Assembly (NCBI GenBank): GCA_036012755.1
Contig: DASCPX010000182.1
Span: 1-42,673, forward strand
Reading direction: 5' to 3'
Length of the DNA: 42,673 nt
From: Myxococcota bacterium
GTDB lineage: Bacteria; Myxococcota_A; UBA796; CAJQPC01
The notes under the pieces are model-generated. The model saw nothing but the letters and a program-made list of their open reading frames with translations. It had not been told where the DNA came from and searched no databases. Numbering within the stretch: the first letter of the stretch is position 1; the number at the start of each line of letters is the position of its first letter. Below are positions 9,536 through 21,692 of this stretch, piece by piece. The translations under genes and the position numbers were made by a program.

Positions 9536-10798
9536 GTGATCCTGCGCGGCGGGCTGCTCCTCCACCTAGATCCCCCCAGGGTGGAAGAGGCCGACATCCA
9601 GATCCGAGACGGCGAGATCGTCTCGGTCGGGCGGGACCTCGCCGGCGACGAGGTGCGGGACCTGGGCGGGCGCTGGGTGATGCCGGGCCTGGTCTGCGGA
9701 CACACCCACCTCTACTCGGCGCTGGCCTGCGGGATGCCGGTCCTGCCAGGGGTGCCTCGGGACTTCGCGGACATGCTGACCAAGGTCTGGTGGCACCTCG
9801 ACCAGGCCCTGGACGCGGAGAGCGTCGAGGTCTCCGGGCTCGTCGGCGGGCTGGCCGCGCTGCGGGCCGGAGTCACCACCGTGGTGGACCACCACGCCTC
9901 GCCGAGCGCCATCGAGGGCAGCCTCGAGCTGTTGGACGGGGGCCTCGAGCAGCTGGGCCTGCGCCGCGTGCTCTGCTACGAGGTCACCGATCGCGGAGGT
10001 CCGGAACGAGCCGCGGCCGGGCTCCGCGCGCACGAGGGGCTGCTCGGCGAGCAGAGCGCCTTCCGCGCCGTGATGGTCGGAGCCCACGCCAACTTCACGC
10101 TGAGCGACTCGACGCTGGCGCGGTGCGGAGCCTTGGCTCGCGAGGGCGGCGTCGGGCTGCACATCCACCTCGCAGAGGCCCTCGACGACGAGCGCCAGGT
10201 TGGCGAAGACCTCGTCGCCCGCATGCAGCGTCTCGATGCGCTGCCAGAGGGAAGCCTGCTGGCCCACGGGGTCCACCTCTCACCCGACCAGCTGCGGCGC
10301 TTGGACGACGCCGGGTGCTGGCTTGCTCACCAACCGCGCTCCAACATGAACAACGCGGTCGGTCACGCGCCCATCGAGCACTTCCCAGAGCGCACCGTCC
10401 TGGGCACCGACGGCATCGGCGCCGACATGTTCGCCGAGCTCCAGGCTGGCTTCTTCCGCGCCAACGAGGCCGGCTCGGGCTGGGCCCCCTCGCGCTGGCT
10501 GGAGGCGCTGGCCGCCGGTGGGCGCTTCGCCAGCTCGAAGCTGGGCGTGACCCTGGGCCGCATCGAGGTGGGAGCCCAGGCAGATCTCCTCCTGCTGGAC
10601 CCGGCGCCGGGGCCACCGCTGAGTGATGACAACCTGGCGTCATCGTTCGTGTTTCGGCTCTCTGCCGCCCAGGTGGGCGAGGTGCTCGTCGCCGGACGGA
10701 CGGTGCTGCGGGATGGCGAGGCCGCCGGGCTGGGGGCAGACGTGCTCGACCGCCGGGCTCGCGGCGTGGCCGAGCGCTTGTGGGGACGGATGCGATGA
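9536..10798 (+). CDS. ssnA: SsnA-family metal-dependent amidohydrolase
   Basis: 'PGLVCGHTHLYSALACG', 'DHHASP', 'LCYEVTDR', 'HIHLAE', 'PRSNMNNAVG', 'GTDG'. Confidence 0.88.
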   Translation: MILRGGLLLHLDPPRVEEADIQIRDGEIVSVGRDLAGDEVRDLGGRWVMPGLVCGHTHLYSALACGMPVLPGVPRDFADMLTKVWWHLDQALDAESVEVSGLVGGLAALRAGVTTVVDHHASPSAIEGSLELLDGGLEQLGLRRVLCYEVTDRGGPERAAAGLRAHEGLLGEQSAFRAVMVGAHANFTLSDSTLARCGALAREGGVGLHIHLAEALDDERQVGEDLVARMQRLDALPEGSLLAHGVHLSPDQLRRLDDAGCWLAHQPRSNMNNAVGHAPIEHFPERTVLGTDGIGADMFAELQAGFFRANEAGSGWAPSRWLEALAAGGRFASSKLGVTLGRIEVGAQADLLLLDPAPGPPLSDDNLASSFVFRLSAAQVGEVLVAGRTVLRDGEAAGLGADVLDRRARGVAERLWGRMR

Positions 10799-11739
10799 AC
10801 CTCTCCGTGGTCGCCCTGGGCGGGAACTCGCTGATCGACCCGACCTTGCCGCCGACGGTGAAGAACCAGTTCGCCGTCACCCGGCGAGCGATGAGGCCCG
10901 TCGCTCGACTCATCGCCGACGGCGAGGCCCTCGTCATCACCCACGGCAATGGTCCCCAGGTCGGCTTCATGGCGCTGCGCTCGGAGATGAGCCGGGGGAA
11001 GATCCACGAGGTCCCGCTCGACTCGCTGGTGGCCAACACTCAGGGCAGCCTCGGCTACATGCTCCAGCGGGCGCTGCGTGAGGAGCTCGAGTCCCGCTGC
11101 GTCGATCGCCCCATCGTGAGCGTGGTCACAGAGGTCATCGTCGATCCCACGGACCATGCCTTCGCCGAGCCCACCAAGCCAATCGGCCAGTTCCACAGTC
11201 CGGAAGAGGCCGCGGAGCTGGAGCGCGAGCGGGGCTGGACGATGATCGACGACAGCCACAGGGGCTGGAGGCGGGTCGTGCCATCACCGGCGCCGGTTCG
11301 CATCCTCCAGATCGACGTCATCCGGCGGCTGGCCCGGGCTGGCACGGTCGTGATCTGCTGCGGTGGGGGCGGCATCCCCGTGGTCCGCAAGCCCGAAGGC
11401 CACACAGAGGGCATCGAGGGCGTGATCGACAAGGACCGGGTCAGCGCCCTGCTCGCCGTGCGCCTGGGAGCAGAGCGCCTCTTCATCACGACGGGCGAGG
11501 ACGGTGTCTACGCCGACTTCTTGAGCCCCCAGCGACGCTTCCTTCCCGAGCTGGAGCTGAGTGAGCTAAAAGAGCTGGCCGCCCAGGGTCAGTTCCCTCC
11601 AGGCAGCATGGGCCCGAAGGTCCGAGCCTGCGATCGCTTCCTGACTCACGGTGGCCATCGGGCTGTGATCTGTCGGCCCGAGTTGCTGGTCGAAGCCTTC
11701 CGGGGCCAGGCAGGAACAAGCATCACGCGAGGACCCTGA
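10795..11739 (+). CDS. arcC: Carbamate kinase
   Basis: 'VVALGGNSL', 'THGNGPQVG', 'PTKPIG', 'RRVVPSP', 'GGGGIPV', 'VIDKD', 'GSMGPK'; ATGA overlap with ssnA. Confidence 0.95.
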   Translation: MNLSVVALGGNSLIDPTLPPTVKNQFAVTRRAMRPVARLIADGEALVITHGNGPQVGFMALRSEMSRGKIHEVPLDSLVANTQGSLGYMLQRALREELESRCVDRPIVSVVTEVIVDPTDHAFAEPTKPIGQFHSPEEAAELERERGWTMIDDSHRGWRRVVPSPAPVRILQIDVIRRLARAGTVVICCGGGGIPVVRKPEGHTEGIEGVIDKDRVSALLAVRLGAERLFITTGEDGVYADFLSPQRRFLPELELSELKELAAQGQFPPGSMGPKVRACDRFLTHGGHRAVICRPELLVEAFRGQAGTSITRGP

Positions 11740-12851
11740 TGATCATCCCTGGACTCGAGCGCCTCCGCGGCGCCTCGGCTCTGCTCACCACCGATCTCGA
11801 CGAGGTGCAGCTCGAAGCCCTGCTACAGCTGGCCGAGCACCTCGCGGCGCGCGACTTCGCGGGACGACGCACCCCGCTGTTCCCCGACGAGCTGGCCTAC
11901 GCCGTCTTCTTCGACAACTCGACCCGCACCAAGTCCGCCTGGGCTGGCGCCGCCTCGCGCCTCGGCATGCGCCCGGTCATCGTGGACGGCAGCTCCACCC
12001 AGGTCGCCCACGGCGAGACCGCCTCGGAGACCGGGGCCATGCTGGGCATGAACTCGCACGCCCTGGGCATCCGACACGATCTCATCCTTGGCGAAGGCAA
12101 CACCTTCATGAGGGAGATCAAGCGCGGCATCGACGACTACCTCGAGGCGACCGGCGACCCTCGCAGCGTCCCGGTGGTCAACCTCCAGTGCGACATCGAC
12201 CACCCCACCCAGTCCCTGGCTGACGCGCTGTGGCTGCGCGAGCACTTCCCCGACGGCGTGGCCGGAAAGACCATCGCCGTGTCCTGGGCCTACTCCCCCA
12301 GCTACGCCAAGCCCCTGTCCGTGCCCCAGGGCCTGGCGATGCTCCTCCCGCGGCTCGGGGCCCACGTGCGCCTGGCTCATCCACCGGGCTTCCAGCTCCT
12401 CGACAGCGCGATGGAGGCAGCGGTGGCCGGGGCCGAGGCCGGAGGCGGCAGCTTCGAGCGCATGGGCGACATGGACGCGGCCTTCGCAGGGGCAGACGTC
12501 GTCTACCCCAAGAGCTGGGGGCCATACGACCTGATGATGGAGCGCGTCGTCGCGAACAAGGCCGGTGACTCCACAGAGATGTCGGCCATCGAGCGGCGCT
12601 GCCTGGAGCGCAACGCCCAGCACACCGACTGGATCTGCGACGAGCGACGCATGGCAACCACCGCCGGCGGAGACGCCCTCTACATGCACTGCCTCCCCGC
12701 CGACATCGGCGACGAGGTCACGCCGGGCGTCATGGCGCGTCACCGGGTCAACGTGGCCCGAGAGGCCAGCAAGAAGGTCTACGTCATCATGGCGCTGCTC
12801 GCCGCGGCGAAGGCGCCCGACCTCGGGACCCGACTGGCCGGGCTGGACTGA
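11739..12851 (+). CDS. ygeW: Knotted carbamoyltransferase YgeW
   Basis: 'DNSTRT', 'NLQCDIDHPTQ', 'WAYSPSYAKPLSVPQG', 'YPKSW', 'YMHCLPADI'. Confidence 0.92.
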   Translation: MIIPGLERLRGASALLTTDLDEVQLEALLQLAEHLAARDFAGRRTPLFPDELAYAVFFDNSTRTKSAWAGAASRLGMRPVIVDGSSTQVAHGETASETGAMLGMNSHALGIRHDLILGEGNTFMREIKRGIDDYLEATGDPRSVPVVNLQCDIDHPTQSLADALWLREHFPDGVAGKTIAVSWAYSPSYAKPLSVPQGLAMLLPRLGAHVRLAHPPGFQLLDSAMEAAVAGAEAGGGSFERMGDMDAAFAGADVVYPKSWGPYDLMMERVVANKAGDSTEMSAIERRCLERNAQHTDWICDERRMATTAGGDALYMHCLPADIGDEVTPGVMARHRVNVAREASKKVYVIMALLAAAKAPDLGTRLAGLD

Positions 12852-12868
12852 AGGACAACAGGGAAGAC

Positions 12869-14380
12869 ATGAACGATCTCGATGTGATGGTCGCCAGACT
12901 GGCGGCCGAGAACCTGCCCCTGGCCCGCGAGCTGCTGGCGGAGGTCATCCGCATCCCCGCAGACCACGTCGCGGCGGATCCCTCCTGCGGTCTCTCCAAC
13001 CACGAGGGACCGCGGCTGGAGTACCTGAGGCGCCGGATCGTCGAGATCGGCGCGGTCCGCCATCCTGGCGACGTGGGCTTCGACGCCTTCGGCAACCTCG
13101 TCTGGACGCTGCAGGATCCGGACGACGGTATCGCTCCGGCGGACAAGAAGGTGATCTACCTCGACGGTCACAGCGACACCGTCAAGGCCCTGAGATCGCA
13201 ATGGATCGACAAGATCGGAGGGGGCATCGACGCCTACGACGGCCTGGGCGAAGGTCCCATCGACAGGGAGTTCCTCGCTCGCGAGTTGGGCTGGCTGCCT
13301 GCCGATGACGAGTGGGAGCACCTGCTCTTCGGTCGCGGCTCCGCGGATCAGCTCGGCGGAGTCATCGCCCAGGTGGTGGCGAGCCGGATCATGCTGGAGT
13401 TGGCCCCACATGGAGCGCTGCGGGGGGTCATCGTGCGCTCCTACGCGACCGTCGCGGAAGAGGACAACGACGGCGGCGGCCCCATGTACCTCGTGCGGGA
13501 GGTGCTGCCGGGCGCCCCCTCGGAGCTGATCCCGGACGTGGTCATCCTCACCGAAGGCACCGGGGACTCCGAAAAGGGCGCCCTGGGCATCTACCGCGGG
13601 CAGCGTGGTCGCATGCAGATCGAGGTCGTCGTGACCGGACGCTCCTGCCACGGCTCGATGCCCTGGGAGGGGCTCAACCCGCTGGAGTTCGGCGCCGCCA
13701 TCCTGGTCGAGGCCACGCGCCAGCACGAAGCTGGCGAGGGCTTTCTCGACCACGGCTTCCTGGGCAAGGGGACCCGCACTGCTTCCTGGGCGACCCTGGA
13801 GAGCCCGAGCGACTGCGCCGTCCCGGACTCCTTCACCTTCCGCTTCGACCGCCGGCTCACCGTCAACGAGACACCGGAGGGCGCGCTGGAAGCAGTCGCC
13901 GGTCTGCCAGCGGTGGCTCGTGCCCGCGAAGCCGGGCTGCAGGTGGATGTGCGCGTGCCCACCTATGACGAGGACACCTGGCGGGGCTACACCCCCGGGA
14001 ACCCGCAGATCTACATGGGCTGGGAGACCCCCGCCGAGCACCAGGCGGTGCGGGCCGCCGCCGAGACCTACCGCAGGGTCGTGAGTCCCCATGTCCCAGA
14101 GGGAAACCAGGGCGGGCTGCTTCGCCAGGAGCCCCGAGTCGACCGCTGGATCTTCTCTACCGACGGGGTCGGCTTCCCCGTACCCAAGGGCTCGTCCGTC
14201 CAGGTGACACCTGCAAAGGACTGGGTCGACGCCGGGGCCTTCGAGCACCCGGCGATGTTCGGCTGCGGTCCGGGGATCGAGCAGAACACGCACAAGATCG
14301 GCGAGGCCGTGGACACTCGCGAGCTCCAGCACGCCATCGCCATCCTCGCGCGCTTCCCGAGCGTCTTCGCCGGGAGGTGA
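12869..14380 (+). CDS. ygeY: YgeY-like M20-family metallo-hydrolase (long variant)
   Basis: 'DGHSDTV', 'GRGSADQLGG', 'EED', 'YRGQRGRM', 'SCHGS', 'FSTDGV', 'GPGIEQNTH'; follows ygeW. Confidence 0.82.
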   Translation: MNDLDVMVARLAAENLPLARELLAEVIRIPADHVAADPSCGLSNHEGPRLEYLRRRIVEIGAVRHPGDVGFDAFGNLVWTLQDPDDGIAPADKKVIYLDGHSDTVKALRSQWIDKIGGGIDAYDGLGEGPIDREFLARELGWLPADDEWEHLLFGRGSADQLGGVIAQVVASRIMLELAPHGALRGVIVRSYATVAEEDNDGGGPMYLVREVLPGAPSELIPDVVILTEGTGDSEKGALGIYRGQRGRMQIEVVVTGRSCHGSMPWEGLNPLEFGAAILVEATRQHEAGEGFLDHGFLGKGTRTASWATLESPSDCAVPDSFTFRFDRRLTVNETPEGALEAVAGLPAVARAREAGLQVDVRVPTYDEDTWRGYTPGNPQIYMGWETPAEHQAVRAAAETYRRVVSPHVPEGNQGGLLRQEPRVDRWIFSTDGVGFPVPKGSSVQVTPAKDWVDAGAFEHPAMFGCGPGIEQNTHKIGEAVDTRELQHAIAILARFPSVFAGR

Positions 14381-14381
14381 C

Positions 14382-16964
<2,583 letters not shown>

Positions 16965-17012
16965 CAGGACCTCCAGGGGCGGCAGAGTAGCCCGTCGGGC
17001 GATGATGCCCCC

Positions 17013-18248
17013 ATGCCGCTGTCCCTTCCGGAAAACGTCCTCGGCCTGAGCTGCGTGCTCTGCGGTCAGGACACCGACGATCCCTGGCAGTGGGGCTGCC
17101 CCGTGTGTGGCCCGCGTGGGCGCATGGATGTCCGCTACGTTCCCGGGGCCGGAGAGCGGATGGCTGCGTCCCTGGCCGCTCGCCCCCGCGACATGTGGCG
17201 GTACCGGGAGCTGCTTCCGCTGGCGCCAGGCTCGGTGATCCCACCTCTGTCGGTCGGATGGTCGCCCCTGACCCACAGCCCCCGCCTGGCTGCCTGGCTG
17301 GGTGTCCGCGCCGCCGTGGTCAAGGACGATGGTCGAAACCCCAGCGCCAGCTCGAAGGACAGGGCCAGCGCCCTGGGCGTCGCGCTGGCAATGGCCGCTG
17401 GGAGTGAGCGCATCACCTGCGCCTCGACGGGCAACGCCGCGAGCTCGACCGCCTGCATGGCCGCCGCCGTGGGGCTCCCCGCGACCATCTTCGTGCCGCG
17501 CCGCGCCCCCGCGCCGAAGGTCGCCCAGCTCCGGATCTTCGGGGCCCAGGTGCTCCGAGTCGCCGCGGACTACGACCGCACGTGGGAGCTCTGCGCCGAG
17601 GTCGCCGCCCAGAAGCCCTGGTTCAACCGCAACTGCGCCGTCAACCCCTACCTCGTGGAGGGCAAGAAGACCGCGGGCCTCGAGCTGGCCGAGCAGCTCG
17701 GGTCGGAGATGCCCGCGTGGGTGGCGATCAGCGTCGGGGACGGCTGCAGCGTGTCGGGGCTCGTCAAGGGCCTGGAGGAGGGGCATCGGGCCGGCCTCTG
17801 TCCGCGCATGCCCAGGGTGCTGGCCGTCCAGGCAGCTGGCGCCGCCCCCCTCGTCCACGCCTTCGAGCAGGACCGCGCCTTTGTCCCCGAGCCTGCAGAG
17901 ACCATCGCCGACAGCATCTGCGTCGGGACGCCGCGCAACCCGGACCGCGCCCTGAAGGCTGTGGCGCGCTGCGGTGGCCACTGGGTCGCCGTCCCCGACG
18001 AGGCGATCCTGGAGGCGCTGGTCGAGGTCCCCCGACGCTCTGGTGTCTTCGGCGAGCCAGCCGGTGTCACGGCTGCGGCAGGGGTCCGGGAGGCGGTGCG
18101 GCGCGGCGTGATCGACCCCGACGAGGACGTCGCCCTTCTGGTCACGGGCAACGGCCTCAAGGACACGGCGACGGCCATCTCAGCGGTGTCCGGACCGCTG
18201 GAGGTCGAGCCGACCCTGGCTGCCGTGCTGGAGGCCCTGGGCGGCTGA
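17013..18248 (+). CDS. Threonine synthase-like PLP enzyme
   Basis: N-terminal CxxC...CPxC; 'MWRYRELLP', 'NPSASSKDRAS', 'ASTGNAASS', 'EGKKT', 'TIADSI', 'EPAG', 'TGNGLKD'. The cluster context suggests it may not be biosynthetic ThrC. Confidence 0.88.
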   Translation: MPLSLPENVLGLSCVLCGQDTDDPWQWGCPVCGPRGRMDVRYVPGAGERMAASLAARPRDMWRYRELLPLAPGSVIPPLSVGWSPLTHSPRLAAWLGVRAAVVKDDGRNPSASSKDRASALGVALAMAAGSERITCASTGNAASSTACMAAAVGLPATIFVPRRAPAPKVAQLRIFGAQVLRVAADYDRTWELCAEVAAQKPWFNRNCAVNPYLVEGKKTAGLELAEQLGSEMPAWVAISVGDGCSVSGLVKGLEEGHRAGLCPRMPRVLAVQAAGAAPLVHAFEQDRAFVPEPAETIADSICVGTPRNPDRALKAVARCGGHWVAVPDEAILEALVEVPRRSGVFGEPAGVTAAAGVREAVRRGVIDPDEDVALLVTGNGLKDTATAISAVSGPLEVEPTLAAVLEALGG

Positions 18249-18288
18249 GGTCGGGTCGTCTATGCTCGGCCTCCAAGTTGGAGCGACC

Positions 18289-20532
18289 ATGGAAATCCGC
18301 CTGCACGGACGAGGGGGGCAGGGCGGTGTCACGTGCGCGAAGATCCTGGCGACCGCCTACGCTCGCATGGGCTGGGCAGTCCAGGCCTTCGGGGACTACG
18401 CAGGCGAGCGCTCGGGAGCACCCGTCCGGGCCTATGCCCGAGTCTCCTCACCCGAGGGCGGGATCGCCCGTCCGATCACCAACCGGAACAAGGTCTACGA
18501 GCCGGATCACCTCCTGGTTCTCGACCCCACCCTGCTGTCGCCAGCCGTCGTCAGCGGTCTCCGTCACGGCGGAACGCTGCTCGTCAACACGACCGAAGCG
18601 CCGGAGTCGCTGGCCGGGCGCTTCGCTGGCTTCCGGGTGGCCACGATCGACGCGACGGCGATCGCGCGGAAGCACGGCATCGGCACCCGTGCGGTCGTCA
18701 TCGTCAACACGACCATCGCTGGCGCCTTCGCCCGGGCGGTGGAGCTGCCGCTCGAGACGCTCGAGGCTGCCTATGGGGAGCTCGGGCTGTCCCGCGACGC
18801 CATGGCGGCACGCGAGGCCTGGGAGGCGGTTCGCCTGCTGGACGCAGAGGACGCCTCGGCCGAGGAGCCTGCGGTCGAGGGCGGGTCCGACTCCCCCTGG
18901 GGAACGACGCTCGCTGGCGCGGTTCCACCGCTGACCGAGCACCTGGAGGGCCCTGCCCCGACGCTGAAGACCGGGACGTGGCGGAGCTGCACGCCGATCT
19001 TCTCCGAACGCGCTGCCCCCTGCAGCACCGCCTGCCCGGCTGGAAACGACGTGGTCGGCTTCGCCCAGGCCCTGGCTCGGGAGGGGGCACAAGCGGCGGC
19101 GGAGGTGCTCTCCCGAACCACCCCCTTTGCTGCCGTCTGCGGTCGCGTCTGTCCAGGCTTCTGCGTTGCTGGCTGCAACCGGGGTGAGCACGACGGACCC
19201 GTCGACACCCGCGGGCTGGAGCGCTGGATCGCCGAGCAGGCGCCGGTGGCGCGGCGCGGCGCTGGGGGCACCGGGGACGCTCGGAGGGTGGCCATCGTCG
19301 GAGGTGGGCCCGCGGGCCTCGCGGCGGCCTACCACCTCGTTCGCGCCGGTCACCGGGTCGTGATCTTCGAGCGAGAACCTGACCTGGGGGGCCTGTTGCG
19401 CACCGGGATTCCCTCCTACCGCCTCCCGCGAGACGTGCTCGACCGGGAGATCGAGGGCATCCTCGGCCTGGGGGTGGTCGCACGCTGCGGCACCACGACC
19501 GGTCGGGAAGACGTGCAGGAGCTGGCGGACTCGTACGACGCGGTCATCCTCGCCACCGGTCTTCAGGGGCTCCGGCGCCTCGAGATCGAAGGGGCTGACC
19601 TGCCCGGTGTGTCTCAGGGCATCGAGTTCCTCCACCGCTGCAACTCGGGCGAGCTCGATCGAATCGCTGGCCATGTAGTGGTGCTGGGAGGCGGGAACAC
19701 CGCCATCGACTGTGCCAGGAGCGCGCTGCGGGCGGGGGCCGAGCGGGTGACGGTCGCATACCGGCGCACCCGAGCCGAGATGCCGGCGATCTCGGAGGAG
19801 GTCGACGAGGCGATGGAGGAGGGCGTGCAGTTCCTCTTCCAGCGCTCACCGCTTGGCTGTCATGGTCCGGATCGGGTCGGCGGCATCGAGCTGGCCGAGG
19901 TCGACATGGGTCCTCCGGACGAGGGCGGACGGCGCCGCCCCGTTGTGACCGACCGTCGCGACTGGCTCGACTGTGACGCGGTGCTGCTCGCCCTGGGCCA
20001 GTGGGCCGACACCTCGCTCCTGCCAGAGGGCTGGGAGCTCCGAGACGGCCGCGCCTGGTCTGGTGACGATGCCCTGCGGGTCTTCGCCGCTGGCGATCTG
20101 TCGACTCGCGCTGGCACGGTGGCCCACGCCATCGGGGACGGGCGGGCCGTGGCTGCGATGGTGCTCGAGGCCCTCGACGGGGACGCCTCGTCCCTGAGGC
20201 CGGATGACAGGCTCTCTGTGCCCGCCGCCGAGCTGCGCTTCGAGCACTTCGGTGTTCGGCCCCCCGCCGCGCCACGCCACCTGCCCCCAGCCGAGCGGGC
20301 CAGGACCTTCGACGAGGTCAGCCTGGGCCTCGCCGGGGCCGACGAGGCGCGCCGCTGCATGTCCTGCGGCGACTGCACTCGCTGCGACACCTGCCTCGTG
20401 TTCTGTCCCGACGGCTGCGTCCTTCGTGGCGATGGCGAGGTGCCCTACGTCTTCGACTACGACACCTGCAAGGGCTGCGGGATCTGCGCTACAGAGTGTC
20501 CCCGAGGCTGCATCGAGATGGTGATGACATGA
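18289..20532 (+). CDS. 2-oxoacid:acceptor oxidoreductase gamma subunit fused to a GltD-like FAD/NAD(P) oxidoreductase and a 2x[4Fe-4S] (delta-like) domain
   Basis: 'EIRLHGRGGQG', 'GERSGAPV'; 'PCSTACPAG', 'CGRVCPGFCVAGC'; 'GGGPAG', 'GGGNTAIDCAR', 'YRR'; 'CMSCGDCTRCDTCLVFCP', 'CKGCGICATECP'. Confidence 0.9.
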   Translation: MEIRLHGRGGQGGVTCAKILATAYARMGWAVQAFGDYAGERSGAPVRAYARVSSPEGGIARPITNRNKVYEPDHLLVLDPTLLSPAVVSGLRHGGTLLVNTTEAPESLAGRFAGFRVATIDATAIARKHGIGTRAVVIVNTTIAGAFARAVELPLETLEAAYGELGLSRDAMAAREAWEAVRLLDAEDASAEEPAVEGGSDSPWGTTLAGAVPPLTEHLEGPAPTLKTGTWRSCTPIFSERAAPCSTACPAGNDVVGFAQALAREGAQAAAEVLSRTTPFAAVCGRVCPGFCVAGCNRGEHDGPVDTRGLERWIAEQAPVARRGAGGTGDARRVAIVGGGPAGLAAAYHLVRAGHRVVIFEREPDLGGLLRTGIPSYRLPRDVLDREIEGILGLGVVARCGTTTGREDVQELADSYDAVILATGLQGLRRLEIEGADLPGVSQGIEFLHRCNSGELDRIAGHVVVLGGGNTAIDCARSALRAGAERVTVAYRRTRAEMPAISEEVDEAMEEGVQFLFQRSPLGCHGPDRVGGIELAEVDMGPPDEGGRRRPVVTDRRDWLDCDAVLLALGQWADTSLLPEGWELRDGRAWSGDDALRVFAAGDLSTRAGTVAHAIGDGRAVAAMVLEALDGDASSLRPDDRLSVPAAELRFEHFGVRPPAAPRHLPPAERARTFDEVSLGLAGADEARRCMSCGDCTRCDTCLVFCPDGCVLRGDGEVPYVFDYDTCKGCGICATECPRGCIEMVMT

Positions 20533-21692
20533 GCGCCGAGCTGGTCACTGCGAACCACGCCGCGGCTATGGCCGCGACCCTGGCTGGCCGGGCGAACCGC
20601 TCGGCCCGCGGCTTCGGAGGCGGCGTGTACCCGATCACGCCCCAGACCGAGTGCATCGAGCTGCTCTGCAAGCAGGAATTCGAGAAGGGCCACATCGTGC
20701 GCGTCGAGAGCGAGCACAGCGCGATGGCCGTGTGCATGGGCTTCAGCCTGGCCGGCGCCCGGACTTTCACGGCGTCCTCGAGCAACGGCCTCGCCTACAT
20801 GGTCGAGAACGTCTACGCCGCCGCCTTCTCGCGCCTTCCCATCGTGATGATGGCCGTGAACCGGACCCTCGGCCCGCCCTGGAACATCTGGGTGGACCAC
20901 GGCGACACCCTGGCGCTGCGTGACGCTGGCTGGATCACCTTCTACTGCGAGGACAACCAGGAGGTCTTCGACACGACGCTGTTGGCCTTCCGGTTGGCCG
21001 AGGACCCCCGCGTGCTGCTCCCGGTGCTGGTGTGCCAGGACGCCTTCGTGCTCTCCCACACCATGGCGATGACGGACATCCCTTCTCAAGACGCCGTCGA
21101 CGCCTTCCTGCCCACCCTCGACCTGCCCCACCGCCTCACGGCCCGCCCGCGGACCGTCGGTGGCCTGGACTTCCCCCACGAGACGGAGGTTCACCGCAAG
21201 CAGCTCATCGCTGCCATGGACCGCGTGCCAGAGGTCTACGCAGAGGTACAAGACGCCTTCGAGGAGGCCTTCGGGCGGCGGCCAGCCGGTGCCGTCGAGG
21301 GCTACCGCATGGAGGACGCCCGGGTCGTGATGGTCAGCATGGGAACGACCGCCTCCACCGCCCGGGCCGCCGTCGACAGCGCGCGGGCGGCCGGCGTGAA
21401 GGCCGGGTCTCTGCGGGTCCGCCTGCACCGCCCCTTCCCCCTCGACGAGCTCCGCGCGGCCCTCGCCGGCGCAGAGCGGATCGCGGTGGTCGACCGGAAC
21501 CTGTCGCCGGGCCTCGGCGGCGTGCTCTGGAGCGAGCTGCGGGGCTGGGCTGACAGCGGCGCCGTGGTGCAGGGCTACATCGTCGGGCTCGGTGGCGGCG
21601 ACATCCGACCGGGCCACCTCACCGACATCATCGAGGACGTGGCGGCTCGAGACGCCGAGGGACCCCCTGTGCTCGTGGAGGTGGCTGGATGA
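20529..21692 (+). CDS. porA: 2-oxoacid:ferredoxin oxidoreductase alpha subunit (PorA-like)
   Basis: 'YPITPQTE', 'ESEHSA', 'RTFTASSSNGL', 'NRTLGPPWNIWVDHGD', 'RLHRPFP', 'GLGGGDI'. Confidence 0.88.
   Translation: MSAELVTANHAAAMAATLAGRANRSARGFGGGVYPITPQTECIELLCKQEFEKGHIVRVESEHSAMAVCMGFSLAGARTFTASSSNGLAYMVENVYAAAFSRLPIVMMAVNRTLGPPWNIWVDHGDTLALRDAGWITFYCEDNQEVFDTTLLAFRLAEDPRVLLPVLVCQDAFVLSHTMAMTDIPSQDAVDAFLPTLDLPHRLTARPRTVGGLDFPHETEVHRKQLIAAMDRVPEVYAEVQDAFEEAFGRRPAGAVEGYRMEDARVVMVSMGTTASTARAAVDSARAAGVKAGSLRVRLHRPFPLDELRAALAGAERIAVVDRNLSPGLGGVLWSELRGWADSGAVVQGYIVGLGGGDIRPGHLTDIIEDVAARDAEGPPVLVEVAG

Noticed and set aside
16965..17981. 339-codon N-terminal extension of the 1199-aa xdh ORF
   Set aside because: It is the antisense shadow of the ThrC-like gene; the real start is GTG 16964 with a GGAGG RBS.
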